A stretch of DNA of 64,000 nt from a virus (IMGVR_UViG_3300028048_000050:19494-83493); one strand, 5' to 3'; positions 29,570 to 37,676 are shown, counted from the stretch's first letter. Notes: a model not told the origin generated them from the letters alone. A program made the numbers and translations.

Positions 29570-29794
29570 TTAAGAATTCTTTGTAATATTTTTCTTGAGA
29601 TTTTCAATCTCTTCTTTCATTCTTTGACATTCTTCATTGTAAGTTCGACCTCTATGATAGATTTCTCTACCATTTCTGGTTGAATACCAAGGTTTCTTAT
29701 CTTCACCAGCTGCCTTAAACTTTTCATAAGCAGCCTCCAACCTTTTGAGCACAGCTTTTTCACGTGCTACTAATGAACCTTTTCCTTTTCCCAT
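29570..29794 (-). CDS. hypothetical basic protein
   Basis: 74-aa ORF. Confidence 0.35.
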   Translation of the reverse strand: MGKGKGSLVAREKAVLKRLEAAYEKFKAAGEDKKPWYSTRNGREIYHRGRTYNEECQRMKEEIENLKKNITKNS

Positions 29795-29799
29795 AATCT

Positions 29800-30315
29800 T
29801 TATTTATTTAATTGAAATTTATTATCAAATTCTTCTTTTTTATTTTCCCAATATTTAACCAAAGATTTAGCAGATTCTAATTCTTTATTAACATTTTTTG
29901 TTGCTTTCTCATAAAGTTTATTTTGAATAATTTCCCAAACATAATCAGGAACTTCTGAATATTCAATAAAATGATGATATGGACTATCTTTATATTCTTT
30001 ATACAAATAAGTATTTTTTAAGTCAGGATCATTAAAATAATATGATTCTAAATAATCTCCATCTCTATCGCTGTCATAACAATATTCTATACTTATTGTT
30101 GTTCCGTGAGTTTTAAAATCTTTATTTAAATGTTCAGTTAAATATATACGAGGGTAAAGATGATCATAATGTGATTTTGTAAAACGACCATCATTATTAA
30201 AAAAGTTAGCAAAAAACAAACCAACCTTTTCTTCAACAATAAATACATCATTAGTTGAATTTGGACAATACTTAAGTAATGTCTTAATGTTTTGTATTCT
30301 ATCTTTTATTTTCAT
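29800..30315 (-). CDS. hypothetical protein
   Basis: 171-aa ORF. Confidence 0.45.
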   Translation of the reverse strand: MKIKDRIQNIKTLLKYCPNSTNDVFIVEEKVGLFFANFFNNDGRFTKSHYDHLYPRIYLTEHLNKDFKTHGTTISIEYCYDSDRDGDYLESYYFNDPDLKNTYLYKEYKDSPYHHFIEYSEVPDYVWEIIQNKLYEKATKNVNKELESAKSLVKYWENKKEEFDNKFQLNK

Positions 30316-30329
30316 AATAATAAAAATTA

Positions 30330-30448
30330 GTCAGGAGGCCAGGATTCGAACACTGGGATACAGGCACCATAAGCAACGTTAAAATAGTATTATAAGTATC
30401 AATAATGATACTCTAAAACTACTGCGTGTTACCACTACACTACCTCCT
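30330..30448 (-). tRNA. 119-nt tRNA gene carrying a hairpin insertion of about 46 nt (AGAGTATC...GATACT-TATAATACTAT...) after an intact D-arm; the anticodon may be UAG (Leu-like) but the T-arm is degenerate
   Basis: Acceptor CAGGAGG/CCTCCTG. D-arm GTGT-AGTGGTAAC-ACGC. The insertion belongs to the conserved family described in the findings. Confidence 0.35.
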
Positions 30449-30545
30449 GGTAAATTAGGGTGTTTCACAACAGCCTAATCTTAAGAACTTTTCATTCGAC
30501 TTTTTAAAAATAACAACGATAACTAACTTATTGTAACAAGTAATG

Positions 30546-30678
30546 TTGGGGGACTGGGATTCGAACCCAGGACTTAGATTTATGAGATCCTTATTTTATT
30601 ATGCTTTAAGATGTTGTAGGTATCAAAATGATACTAATGCTTTTATTTTCTTACATGTTACCACTACACCATCCCCCA
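30546..30678 (-). tRNA. 133-nt tRNA gene with an insertion of about 59 nt between the D-arm and a Met-type anticodon arm (AGGAT-CTCATAA-ATCTA)
   Basis: Acceptor TGGGGGA/TCCCCCA (perfect). D-arm GTGT-AGTGGTA-ACAT. T-arm CTGGG-TTCGAAT-CCCAG. The insertion contains AGTATCATTTTGATAC-CTACAAC. Confidence 0.4.
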
Positions 30679-30707
30679 TATAAAAGATACTTAAGTATTT
30701 ATTTATC

Positions 30708-30782
30708 GAAGAAAGATTTTCAGTCTTTTGCGTTTACCATTCCGCCACATTTCCAATCGGAAAAGAAGGGATTCGAACCCCT
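30708..30782 (-). tRNA. candidate circularly permuted tRNA-Phe(GAA)-like gene: T-arm plus acceptor 3' strand (30758-30782) sit directly upstream of acceptor 5' strand, D-arm and anticodon arm (30708-30754)
   Basis: Sense order: AGGGG-TTCGAAT-CCCTT CTTTTCC G ATT GGAAATG TG GCGG-AATGGTAAA-CGC A AAAGA-CTGAAAA-TCTTT. The 3' strand pairs 6 of 7 with the downstream 5' strand. No T-arm follows the anticodon arm. Confidence 0.3.
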
Positions 30783-30863
30783 ATTTCATTCATACGAATG
30801 AGATTGTAAGTATCTTATATTACTAATACGTTAGAAAGTTTTCTAAAAAAGGTTACTAAATGA

Positions 30864-30943
30864 TTACGTCAAATTACAAATTTGATGCTCTACCATTGAG
30901 CGATTCTGGCAAAAATGGAGCCCGAACTAGGAATCGAACCTAG
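30864..30943 (-). tRNA. candidate circularly permuted tRNA-Thr(UGU) gene: 3' half including an encoded CCA (30911-30943) lies upstream of the 5' half (30864-30910)
   Basis: Sense: CTAGG-TTCGATT-CCTAG TTCGGGC T CCA TTTTT GCCAGAA TC GCTC-AATGGTA-GAGC A TCAAA-TTTGTAA-TTTGA CGTAA. The reassembled 76-nt cloverleaf is canonical with a 6 of 7 acceptor stem. Confidence 0.35.
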
Positions 30944-31001
30944 AATGTATATATATTATTGTAAGTAACCTATTCACTTATGAAACGAAACTAAAACAGA
31001 T

Positions 31002-32984
31002 TTATTTCACTTCTTCAAAGGTTTTATTATCCTCTGTTTCCTCCGGTTTAGGAAGTTCTTCAGTCTTCTTATCGAGACCAAATACTTCTTTGAATTTGTC
31101 TTTGAAACCATTCTGAACGATGTCAAGACCAGGAGTAAACATTTCAACAAAACTCTTAGCAAACTTTGCACCAGTTGTAGCATCACCATAAACAGTGACA
31201 TTACCAAGTTGGATATGTTCAAGCATCTTCTCAGAAGCTTCAGCAATACCCTTATACTGGTCAACCATCTTGTATTGAACAAGTAAGTCGGGATTACCAC
31301 CGAATGATTCAACCATCTTCTGCAAAGCAAGTGCTGGAGCCATTTCTCTCTTAGTAAGAGCATCAGCTTCTGCAAACAACAGAGCCTTTTGACCTTCAGC
31401 TTCAGCTAACTTGATATTCTTGGTACCTTCAGCCTCAGCATTTTTCTTAATACGAATAGATTCTGCTTCAGCTTCTGCCTCTTTAAGAATACGCTGTTTC
31501 TCAGCTTCAGCCTCAAGAATTGCTTTCTCTTTAACAGCTTCAGCTTCGATGATGGTCTTCTTCTTAGCCTGCTCAGCAGGAATAACTTGTTCAGCATTTA
31601 ACTTAGCTTCATTAGCTTTAGCTTCAGCCTGATTAACTTCCAACTGACGTTCTTGTTTAGTCTTAGCAGCTTTCATATCTGCTTCAATCTTAGCAACCTG
31701 AACAGTCTTATCAGCATCAGCTTCTGCTTGACCTGCTTTAGCTCTTGCTTGAGCCACCAGAATCTTTGCATTTTGTTCTGCTACACCAGCATCCTGATCA
31801 GCTTTAGCTTTACGAATCTGCTTTTGTGATTCAAATTCAGCTTGCTTAGCTTCCTTTTCCTGAGTTGCCTTAACAATCTCAGCTTCCTTCTGCTGATTAG
31901 CTTGAGCAATACGAGTCTGCTTTAAAGCTTCCTTCTCATTCTCAGTAGCTTCTGCATCAGCATTAGCCGTAGCTACAGCTTTACGCCATTCAGCTTCAGA
32001 TTCAGCTTTAGAAGATTCTCCTAATGCTTGCTGCTTTGCCACTGCTGCAACTTTTCTTGCTTCGGCTTCTGCTTTCTTAGATTCAGCATCTGCATCAGCA
32101 TTTGCTACAGCTGCCGTCTGAAGAGCCTTCTGATTAGCAATACCAGTCTGCTTGTCCTTCTCAATTTCAGACAATTGAACCTCCTTAGCTTTCTGAGTTT
32201 CAGCAATCTGAGTCTCCTGTTCTTTCTCAATTTCTGCTACTCGAACAGCCTGCTCCTGCTTAGTCTGAGATACAGTAGTCTCTCTTTCCTTATCAGCCGT
32301 TGCTACTTGAATTTCTTGTTCTTTACGGATCTTAGCCTTTCTAATAGCTCCATCCTTCTCCTTATCAGCAATATCAGCCTCTGCATTTGCACGAGCCTCG
32401 GTTTCCTTCTTCTTACTTAAGTTCTTGATATAGTCTTGTTCATCAGTAATTTCCTGAATATTAATATTAGTTATATCATAACCAATCTTATTCAATTCAG
32501 TACCAAGACTATCCTTAACCTTAGTCTTAAAGGCATCTCGATTTGAGTTAATATCTTCAATAGACATTGAAGCAATAATCAATCTTACTTCACCTTCTAG
32601 AATAGTCTTAATTTGTCTAACAATTTCATCAGCGTTAGCACTTAAGAAACGAGCCGCGGCGTTTTGTTGAATATTAGGATCTTGAGAAACAGCAGTAGTT
32701 AAAGCCACTTTAACGTGAGTTTGAATCATACCACTATCAGGACCAACAACTTCTGAGTTAATTTGGAAAGGTCTTAATGACATTGTTTTATAATCCTGAA
32801 TAACAGGCCACACAAATACACCTCCACCTGGATAAATCTTAGCAGCAGATTTACCACTAACTTTACCAAATACAACTAAAAGTTGATCACTTGGACATTT
32901 GCGATAACGAGACAAAAGCCCAATAATAGTTAAAATCACTAGGAGTACAACAACTCCCACGATAATTAATGTTGTTAATGTCAT
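31002..32984 (-). CDS. flotillin-like SPFH/band-7 domain protein (YqiK-like) with a long Glu/Ala/Lys-rich coiled-coil
   Basis: 660-aa ORF. N-terminal transmembrane segment LIIVGVVVLLVILTIIGLL, an SPFH-like domain, then about 350 aa of AEAEAKK repeats. There is no TAG codon in 660 codons. Confidence 0.55.
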   Translation of the reverse strand: MTLTTLIIVGVVVLLVILTIIGLLSRYRKCPSDQLLVVFGKVSGKSAAKIYPGGGVFVWPVIQDYKTMSLRPFQINSEVVGPDSGMIQTHVKVALTTAVSQDPNIQQNAAARFLSANADEIVRQIKTILEGEVRLIIASMSIEDINSNRDAFKTKVKDSLGTELNKIGYDITNINIQEITDEQDYIKNLSKKKETEARANAEADIADKEKDGAIRKAKIRKEQEIQVATADKERETTVSQTKQEQAVRVAEIEKEQETQIAETQKAKEVQLSEIEKDKQTGIANQKALQTAAVANADADAESKKAEAEARKVAAVAKQQALGESSKAESEAEWRKAVATANADAEATENEKEALKQTRIAQANQQKEAEIVKATQEKEAKQAEFESQKQIRKAKADQDAGVAEQNAKILVAQARAKAGQAEADADKTVQVAKIEADMKAAKTKQERQLEVNQAEAKANEAKLNAEQVIPAEQAKKKTIIEAEAVKEKAILEAEAEKQRILKEAEAEAESIRIKKNAEAEGTKNIKLAEAEGQKALLFAEADALTKREMAPALALQKMVESFGGNPDLLVQYKMVDQYKGIAEASEKMLEHIQLGNVTVYGDATTGAKFAKSFVEMFTPGLDIVQNGFKDKFKEVFGLDKKTEELPKPEETEDNKTFEEVK

Positions 32985-33005
32985 AAAAGTTTTTAATTAA
33001 TGTTA

Positions 33006-33524
33006 TTATGAAATAATATAATACGCTCCAAAATAATCAGTAATAGTTACCATGTCGCCAACACTGTGATAATGATTGGATTTAGCATCATATTCTAATG
33101 TACCATTACCATTATATACAGTAATTATAGATTTATAATATTCTCCATCTTTACCTTTAGTAGCATAAATTTTAGCGGCTCTTCCTACCAAATCTTTACC
33201 AGAATATATAGTAGGTTTATGCTCTAATTTCATCATAAACTTATATACAAAGAGTAACATTATGAAGAATATTAAACCTACTACAAATGCTATAATATAA
33301 TCATACCATACTATAACATGAGCAGTCATTAATTTAGTTGATAACCAACTGAAAAATCCCATTAAGAAATGAGTAGCACCTTTAAATGACACAACATCAC
33401 CTAAATCAACATCTCCATCAGCATCCATATCTAAATCAAAATCTCCGCCTACCCAACTAAGGATAAAACGGATTATGAATACTGCATAGAGAACAATTGT
33501 AATTCCATAAATAATTTGTTCCAT
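33006..33524 (-). CDS. YqiJ/NfeD-like membrane protein (partner of the flotillin-like gene)
   Basis: 172-aa ORF. N-terminal transmembrane segment plus an acidic DFDLDMDADGDVDLGD segment. It sits immediately upstream of the flotillin-like gene, as in the bacterial yqiJK operon. Confidence 0.45.
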   Translation of the reverse strand: MEQIIYGITIVLYAVFIIRFILSWVGGDFDLDMDADGDVDLGDVVSFKGATHFLMGFFSWLSTKLMTAHVIVWYDYIIAFVVGLIFFIMLLFVYKFMMKLEHKPTIYSGKDLVGRAAKIYATKGKDGEYYKSIITVYNGNGTLEYDAKSNHYHSVGDMVTITDYFGAYYIIS

Positions 33525-33549
33525 ATTGTTAAATTAAATTAAACATTTG

Positions 33550-33625
33550 TGAAGGGTAAAGGAATCGAACCTCTGTCCTCTATGCCGAAGCAGTCGAATA
33601 ATCCTAACCACTAGACGAACCCTTC
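33550..33625 (-). tRNA. tRNA-like gene with a non-canonical anticodon region (a UUCG-type hairpin instead of a 7-nt loop)
   Basis: Acceptor GAAGGGT/ACCCTTC. T-arm AGAGG-TTCGATT-CCTTT. Confidence 0.3.
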
Positions 33626-33779
33626 AAATAGATGTGAATTCCACTTCACATCTGTTACTACTTTTAACTGTTATTCGTCAATAACATCCACTCAGTAGCC
33701 CTCAATTTTTTCTTTAACGGAATCAAAAACATATAAAACAACCGAAAGCTGCTTACATCGAACTTTTAGATGGGAATTG

Positions 33780-33904
33780 TGGGGGAGGCTGGACTCGAAC
33801 CAGCGAACCTTTTCTTTCAACAAAAATGCTATACCTGTAATTTATATTATAGTATTGTAAGTAACTTAAGTTACTAGAAAATTCTCTAACTTAGCTACTC
33901 CCCC
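33780..33904 (-). tRNA. 125-nt tRNA gene with a family insertion of about 45 nt (AGTAACTTAAGTTACT-TACAATACTATAATAT...) lying between D-stem strands GCTA...TAGC
   Basis: Acceptor GGGGGAG/CTCCCCC (perfect). Downstream arm TTTTT-GTTGAAA-GAAAA. T-arm GCTGG-TTCGAGT-CCAGC. Confidence 0.4.
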
Positions 33905-34101
33905 AATTAAAAAGTCACAGATTCCACTCTATGACTGTTGTACACAACACTCGAGTTACATGTACCTCCACCCATTACAACTTATTGAAGGGCTTCTCAA
34001 GTCACGACCATTGAGTCGATCATTTTGTTCTATCTTTAACGTGATTAACAAACAAATCACGGGGCATTTATTTTACATCGGATGGGTCCAAACGATGGGA
34101 G

Positions 34102-34211
34102 CGGCGAGGGTGGGAGTCGAACCCACTTTTTCAAATTTGACATATTTGCGTTAATAAATTTGATGTTGTAAGTAACTAAACAGATACTCATTTCCGTTTA
34201 ACTACCTCGCC
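34102..34211 (-). tRNA. 110-nt tRNA-Asp(GUC)-like gene with a family insertion between the D region and the anticodon arm
   Basis: Acceptor GGCGAGG/CCTCGCC. Anticodon arm CAAAT-ATGTCAA-ATTTG. T-arm GTGGG-TTCGACT-CCCAC. The insertion contains GAGTATCTGTTTAGTTACTTACAAC. Confidence 0.4.
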
Positions 34212-34287
34212 AAATGCCTGTCTATTCCAGGCTGTCACTAAATCAAGTGGTTAATTACATAAACTAACATAAAGTCTCACGACTTGG

Positions 34288-34412
34288 TGCCAGGGGTTGG
34301 AATCGAACCAACAACACTTTGTTTCATAGACAAATACTCTATCCTTTTGAAAATTATAGTATTATAAGTAACTAATAAAATTACTAAAATCAATTTATTG
34401 AGTTACCCTGGC
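34288..34412 (-). tRNA. 125-nt tRNA gene with a D-loop insertion (AGTAATTTTATTAGTTACT-TATAATACTATAATTTTCAAAAGGATA) flanked by a perfect D-stem ACTC/GAGT; the anticodon loop reads CTATGAA (AUG?); 3'-CCA encoded
   Basis: Acceptor GCCAGGG/CCCTGGC (perfect). Anticodon arm TTTGT-CTATGAA-ACAAA. T-arm TGTTG-GTTCGATT-CCAAC. Confidence 0.4.
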
Positions 34413-34565
34413 AATTTAATCCAAACTCTCTAGAGAATAACAATTCATTACTTAGTAATAGGTCTACTATTATCCTATCATTCGGCTTGTCAATTTGAAT
34501 ACCTACGTTTATTCTAAATTACAAACTTAGTACGTCAATACTTCTTGTTATAGTTTGGATTAATG

Positions 34566-34685
34566 CGGCGGAGGCCGGATTCGAACCGACTATTTTAATT
34601 TATCAGATTAATTTTTTACCTTGAAATTATATGATAATATTGTAAGTAACTTGAGTTACTCTAAATTTACCATAAACTTCTCCGC
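34566..34685 (-). tRNA. 120-nt tRNA-Ile(GAU)-like gene with a family insertion on the 5' side of the anticodon arm
   Basis: Acceptor GGCGGAG/CTCCGCC (perfect). Insertion AGTAACTCAAGTTACT-TACAATATTATCATATAATTTCAAGGTA. Anticodon arm TTAAT-CTGATAA-ATTAA. T-arm GTCGG-TTCGAAT-CCGGC. Confidence 0.4.
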
Positions 34686-34749
34686 CAATTTGTCCAGAAC
34701 GCTTTCTGGACTTTCAATAACTAAAAACTTAAAACTATGAAATCTACTA

Positions 34750-34873
34750 AAAAGATTGCGGGGAGTGGAGGATTCAAACCTTCACTTCTGGATTGTGTCC
34801 CAGAAAATTGTAAAATATGATTTTGTAAGTAATAAATTCTGTTACTAAATACAATCGAGCCTAATCAATGCTC
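34750..34873 (-). tRNA. 124-nt class-II tRNA gene with a family insertion of about 32-39 nt inside the anticodon loop (stem ATTGT/ACAAT); anticodon identity ambiguous
   Basis: Acceptor GGGGAGT/ACTCCCC. D-arm GAGC-ATTGATTAG-GCTC (perfect). Insertion AGTAACAGAATTTATTACT-TACAAAATCATATTTT. Long variable hairpin TTCTGG...CCAGAA. Confidence 0.4.
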
Positions 34874-35014
34874 AAACTCCCCAAATGAGTACCTATTTTC
34901 ACAAACCGGTACTCTAAATACTAATTATATAAATACATTTGTTAAACATTATAATAGCTTATGAATATTATCATAAAATAAGTACTATTTTCACAAACCA
35001 GTACTTTTTAACTA

Positions 35015-35129
35015 GGAGGCCTGTAGGATTCGAACCTACACTATTAGTCTATCCTAAGGGAACACTTTCTAACCCGAAGCTTATTTACCTTTAAAGATAG
35101 TTGTGCTACCCGATTAACACTAAGACCTC
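35015..35129 (-). tRNA. 115-nt tRNA gene with a different insertion of about 40 nt (contains GCTTCGGG) enclosed by stem CTATC/GATAG; the loop begins TTTAAAG (UAA-like)
   Basis: Acceptor GAGGTCT/AGGCCTC. D-stem GTG/CAC. T-arm GTAGG-TTCGAAT-CCTAC. Confidence 0.3.
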
Positions 35130-35144
35130 AAATAAATATTTGAG

Positions 35145-35262
35145 TGGAGGGAGCTGGAATCGAACCAACATTATACTTTTTTACGCAAAGTTTTTTATTT
35201 AAATTAAAGATATTGTAAGTACATAAAAATATACTCATTTTAACCAATATTTTAATCCCTCC
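35145..35262 (-). tRNA. 118-nt tRNA gene with a family insertion (GAGTATATTTTTATGTACT-TACAATATC...)
   Basis: Acceptor GGAGGGA/TCCCTCC (perfect). Downstream arm ACTTT-GCGTAAA-AAAGT. T-arm GTTGG-TTCGATT-CCAGC. Confidence 0.35.
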
Positions 35263-35281
35263 AAATAAAGATACTAAATAT

Positions 35282-35353
35282 TCTACATGATGGAATCGAA
35301 CCACCTACACTCAGAATGAAAATCTAATGCTCTACCTAATGAGCTAATGTAAT
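35282..35353 (-). tRNA. tRNA-Glu (UUC) second copy; its 5' acceptor strand lies inside the conserved tail of an upstream family element (AAGATACTTATAATATTATAAATTACAT)
   Basis: D-arm GCTC-ATTAGGTA-GAGC. Anticodon arm TTAGA-TTTTCAT-TCTGA. T-arm GGTGG-TTCGATT-CCATC. Confidence 0.4.
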
Positions 35354-35403
35354 TTATAATATTATAAGTATCTTTAAAGACATTAAGATGAGTAAAGTAA
35401 TAG

Positions 35404-35480
35404 TGGAGAAGGAAAGACTCGAACTTCCAAACACTTATACCTAGAATTTTAAGCTGCTATACCATTTCGCATACTTCTCC
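35404..35480 (-). tRNA. tRNA (the loop CTTAAAA suggests a Leu-UAA type; the anticodon stem is unclear)
   Basis: Acceptor GGAGAAG/CTTCTCC (perfect). T-arm TGGAAG-TTCGAGT-CTTTCC. Confidence 0.35.
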
Positions 35481-35556
35481 AATTATGAATACCTATTCTC
35501 ACGAACTAGTATTCATTAAATAATTTTAAAAAATAAAAAAACATGATTAATATGTA

Positions 35557-35626
35557 GCGGAGGAGATAGGATTCGAACCTATGTTTTATGATTTGTGATC
35601 ATTGTTTTACCACTTAACTACTCCCC
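35557..35626 (-). tRNA. short (70-nt) tRNA, anticodon uncertain (loop TCACAAA)
   Basis: Acceptor GGGGGAG/CTCCTCC (one G.U pair). T-arm ATAGG-TTCGAAT-CCTAT. Confidence 0.35.
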
Positions 35627-35689
35627 CTAGGATTAGCGACAAACCCGTCTTACTAACCCATAGACTTTTGTATATTACATTTTACTATT

Positions 35690-35840
35690 TTAAACTAAAG
35701 CTATTTCAACCTCATGTACTGATCCACTATACTATATCCCCAAGTAGAATAGCTATTTTCACAAACCGCTATTCTCAATTTACAAATAATTCATTATCAA
35801 CTTCTTTTGCAATCTACAAGAGGGGATAAGGAGATTCGAA
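35690..35840 (-). tRNA. possible permuted or split tRNA locus: a 3' half (T-arm AGGAG-TTCGAAT-CTCCT plus TATCCCC, 35824-35840) sits about 75 nt upstream of a 5' half (GGGGATA TA GTAT-AGTGGATCA-GTAC..., at or below 35745) that pairs 7 of 7
   Basis: The acceptor strands are perfectly complementary but arranged in the reverse of the normal gene order. No anticodon arm was identified. Confidence 0.2.
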
Positions 35841-36018
35841 CTCCTGTTACAAGGTTTATCATAAAACATGATCGTAGAATAGTAAGTAACATACAGTAAA
35901 GCTGACCTATAAAGCTTTTGACCACGACATTAAAGCTAAACATCTAGGATTGAAGTAAAGCTAAATCATAAATCTAAAGCTACGGTCAATATAAAAATGT
36001 TATTTAGATTTCTATCTA

Positions 36019-36810
36019 TTATTTTTGTCCATAGATAAGATGTTTGAATAGATCGTCAACATTACATTCAACAGCTTCTCTATCATTAACCTTCTGTAAT
36101 GCTATATTAATAGCATCAATTAAAGATGAACGTCTCTTTAAGAGATTAGCACGCTGTTGATGTGTCCACTCACCAGTAAAGAACTGAGTAGTATAATCAC
36201 CAGTCTTAACCGTCTTCTTAATATCAGTTGTAATTGCACGATAATTAGAAGGAAGATGTTGAGGATCCAAATTAGGATCTTTTAAGATTTCCTGGTGTGT
36301 TTCAGTTGTACGAGTTTCACCTTCTTGACGTTCTGTCTCAAAGATATTACCTCTCTTAATATAATCCTCTTCAGTAGTTGGAACCCATACCTTAGTTTCC
36401 TCACGTACTGGGATTAAACTCAACATTGTAGCTAACTTATCATTCTCTACAATACCACGTAAACGAAGAAGAACTGTAGCAGAGAAAGGACCATATTCTT
36501 TTCCTTCAAAAACTAAAGGAACCGTTGGAGCATTTTCACCATTAGAAGCTTCAATAGCCAGTGTAGTATTAATATACTCAGAAGCTTCCTTTAAGAACCA
36601 ATCCATCTTCTCATTAACAGTAGTTACAATTCTCTCGTTAGCTACTTTGGTTTGGTCTACTTGATAACCATCAAGAGGTGAATGAGTCTTCAAAACTCCT
36701 CTAAAGGCTCCTTGTTTATTTTTAAAGAATGAAGTGTAATCTCCAATCATTGCAGCATAACGATTTGCTAACTTTTCTCGTAATGCTAATAGTGTATTTA
36801 ATTTATTCAT
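36019..36810 (-). CDS. hypothetical protein
   Basis: 263-aa ORF. Confidence 0.5.
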   Translation of the reverse strand: MNKLNTLLALREKLANRYAAMIGDYTSFFKNKQGAFRGVLKTHSPLDGYQVDQTKVANERIVTTVNEKMDWFLKEASEYINTTLAIEASNGENAPTVPLVFEGKEYGPFSATVLLRLRGIVENDKLATMLSLIPVREETKVWVPTTEEDYIKRGNIFETERQEGETRTTETHQEILKDPNLDPQHLPSNYRAITTDIKKTVKTGDYTTQFFTGEWTHQQRANLLKRRSSLIDAINIALQKVNDREAVECNVDDLFKHLIYGQK

Positions 36811-36862
36811 ATATTTTAAAAGTAATAATTAAAAAATGTTAAAAAATACAAGATACTAAAAC

Positions 36863-36933
36863 AAAATATTGTCGGGATTGAACCGACTCCCTAAAATTAA
36901 CAGTTTTATGCTCTACCCATGAGCTAAATAAAT
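36863..36933 (-). tRNA. tRNA-Asn (GUU) second copy, with a family element abutting its 5' end
   Basis: D-arm GCTC-ATGGGTA-GAGC. Anticodon arm TAAAA-CTGTTAA-TTTTA. T-arm GTCGG-TTCAATC-CCGAC. Upstream: AAGATACTTACAAAAATAAAGTTACAATTTATT. Confidence 0.4.
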
Positions 36934-36975
36934 TGTAACTTTATTTTTGTAAGTATCTTAGAGTCTATGTGCTAA

Positions 36976-37347
36976 CTATTCAACAGAATCTTTTTCTTCT
37001 ATACTCCAACTATCAACCCATTTGTCTAATGCTTTTATACATTTATCAGGAAGTTTCTGTGCTGTTGGATTTTCTTGTAAATAATCTATGGTTCCACCAA
37101 CTCCCCAAATAAGTAAAGCTTCTTTAGAAGTTGGAATAAATATTTTAAATATTAAACCACAAATAAAAATAGGAAAAGAAACTTTAAAAAATTTTACACC
37201 TACTTTTCTTACATCAGAATCTCCTTCTTCTAAACTTACTATCATTATAAAAATAGAAACAATAATAGCTATTATTCCTACAATAAATGTAGCAGTAGCA
37301 CAAGAACAAATAGAATCAAATCGAGTTATCCAATATAATTCATTCAT
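36976..37347 (-). CDS. hypothetical membrane protein
   Basis: 123-aa ORF with two hydrophobic segments. Confidence 0.4.
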   Translation of the reverse strand: MNELYWITRFDSICSCATATFIVGIIAIIVSIFIMIVSLEEGDSDVRKVGVKFFKVSFPIFICGLIFKIFIPTSKEALLIWGVGGTIDYLQENPTAQKLPDKCIKALDKWVDSWSIEEKDSVE

Positions 37348-37601
37348 ACTTCCATATCTCCTTCTTTCATCTTTTCAGTTTCTTTTTCTTTAGAGGAAGC
37401 TGCAGCTTTGTGTGCACGAGCAATAGCTTGTAGAAGTTTTCCCACAGGTTTAGAACCAATATGTCTTCCAGCTACACTAAGAGCACGAGCCTCTCTTAAA
37501 ACATGAGTAACTTTATTGATTCTTGAATTTATTCTATCAGGAGTTTTTGAATAATCTCCATAAGGTGTTTTCTTTTCCCAGTGTTGTTTTATTTTTGCCA
37601 T
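37344..37601 (-). CDS. hypothetical basic protein
   Basis: 85-aa ORF. Confidence 0.35.
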   Translation of the reverse strand: MAKIKQHWEKKTPYGDYSKTPDRINSRINKVTHVLREARALSVAGRHIGSKPVGKLLQAIARAHKAAASSKEKETEKMKEGDMEV

Positions 37602-37676
37602 TTCAAATTATTAATTAATGTTTAATAAAAGGATGGAAGGATTTCTCCTCCCATCCACACTAATAAGCAGTTATCA

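Noticed and set aside
31007-32420. ORFs 31007..31375, 31406..31597, 31411..31632 and 32028..32420 nested in or antisense to the flotillin-like gene.
   Set aside because: They are low-complexity frames generated by the GAA/GCT-rich repeat of the real 660-aa gene.
33840-33870. GTAAGT on the plus strand (ttGTAAGTaact) looks like a spliceosomal 5' splice site.
   Set aside because: It is simply the reverse complement of the conserved ACTTAC core of the tRNA insertion element. The amidase, DnaB-like and GIY-YIG genes place this in a bacteriophage, not a eukaryotic genome.
34750-34873. Reading of the insertion-bearing class-II tRNA as an ochre suppressor (anticodon UUA).
   Set aside because: The anticodon depends entirely on where the insertion boundaries are placed. 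Alternative registers give UAG or UUU. An ochre suppressor would also read through the TAA stops used by nearly all genes. This is not supported.
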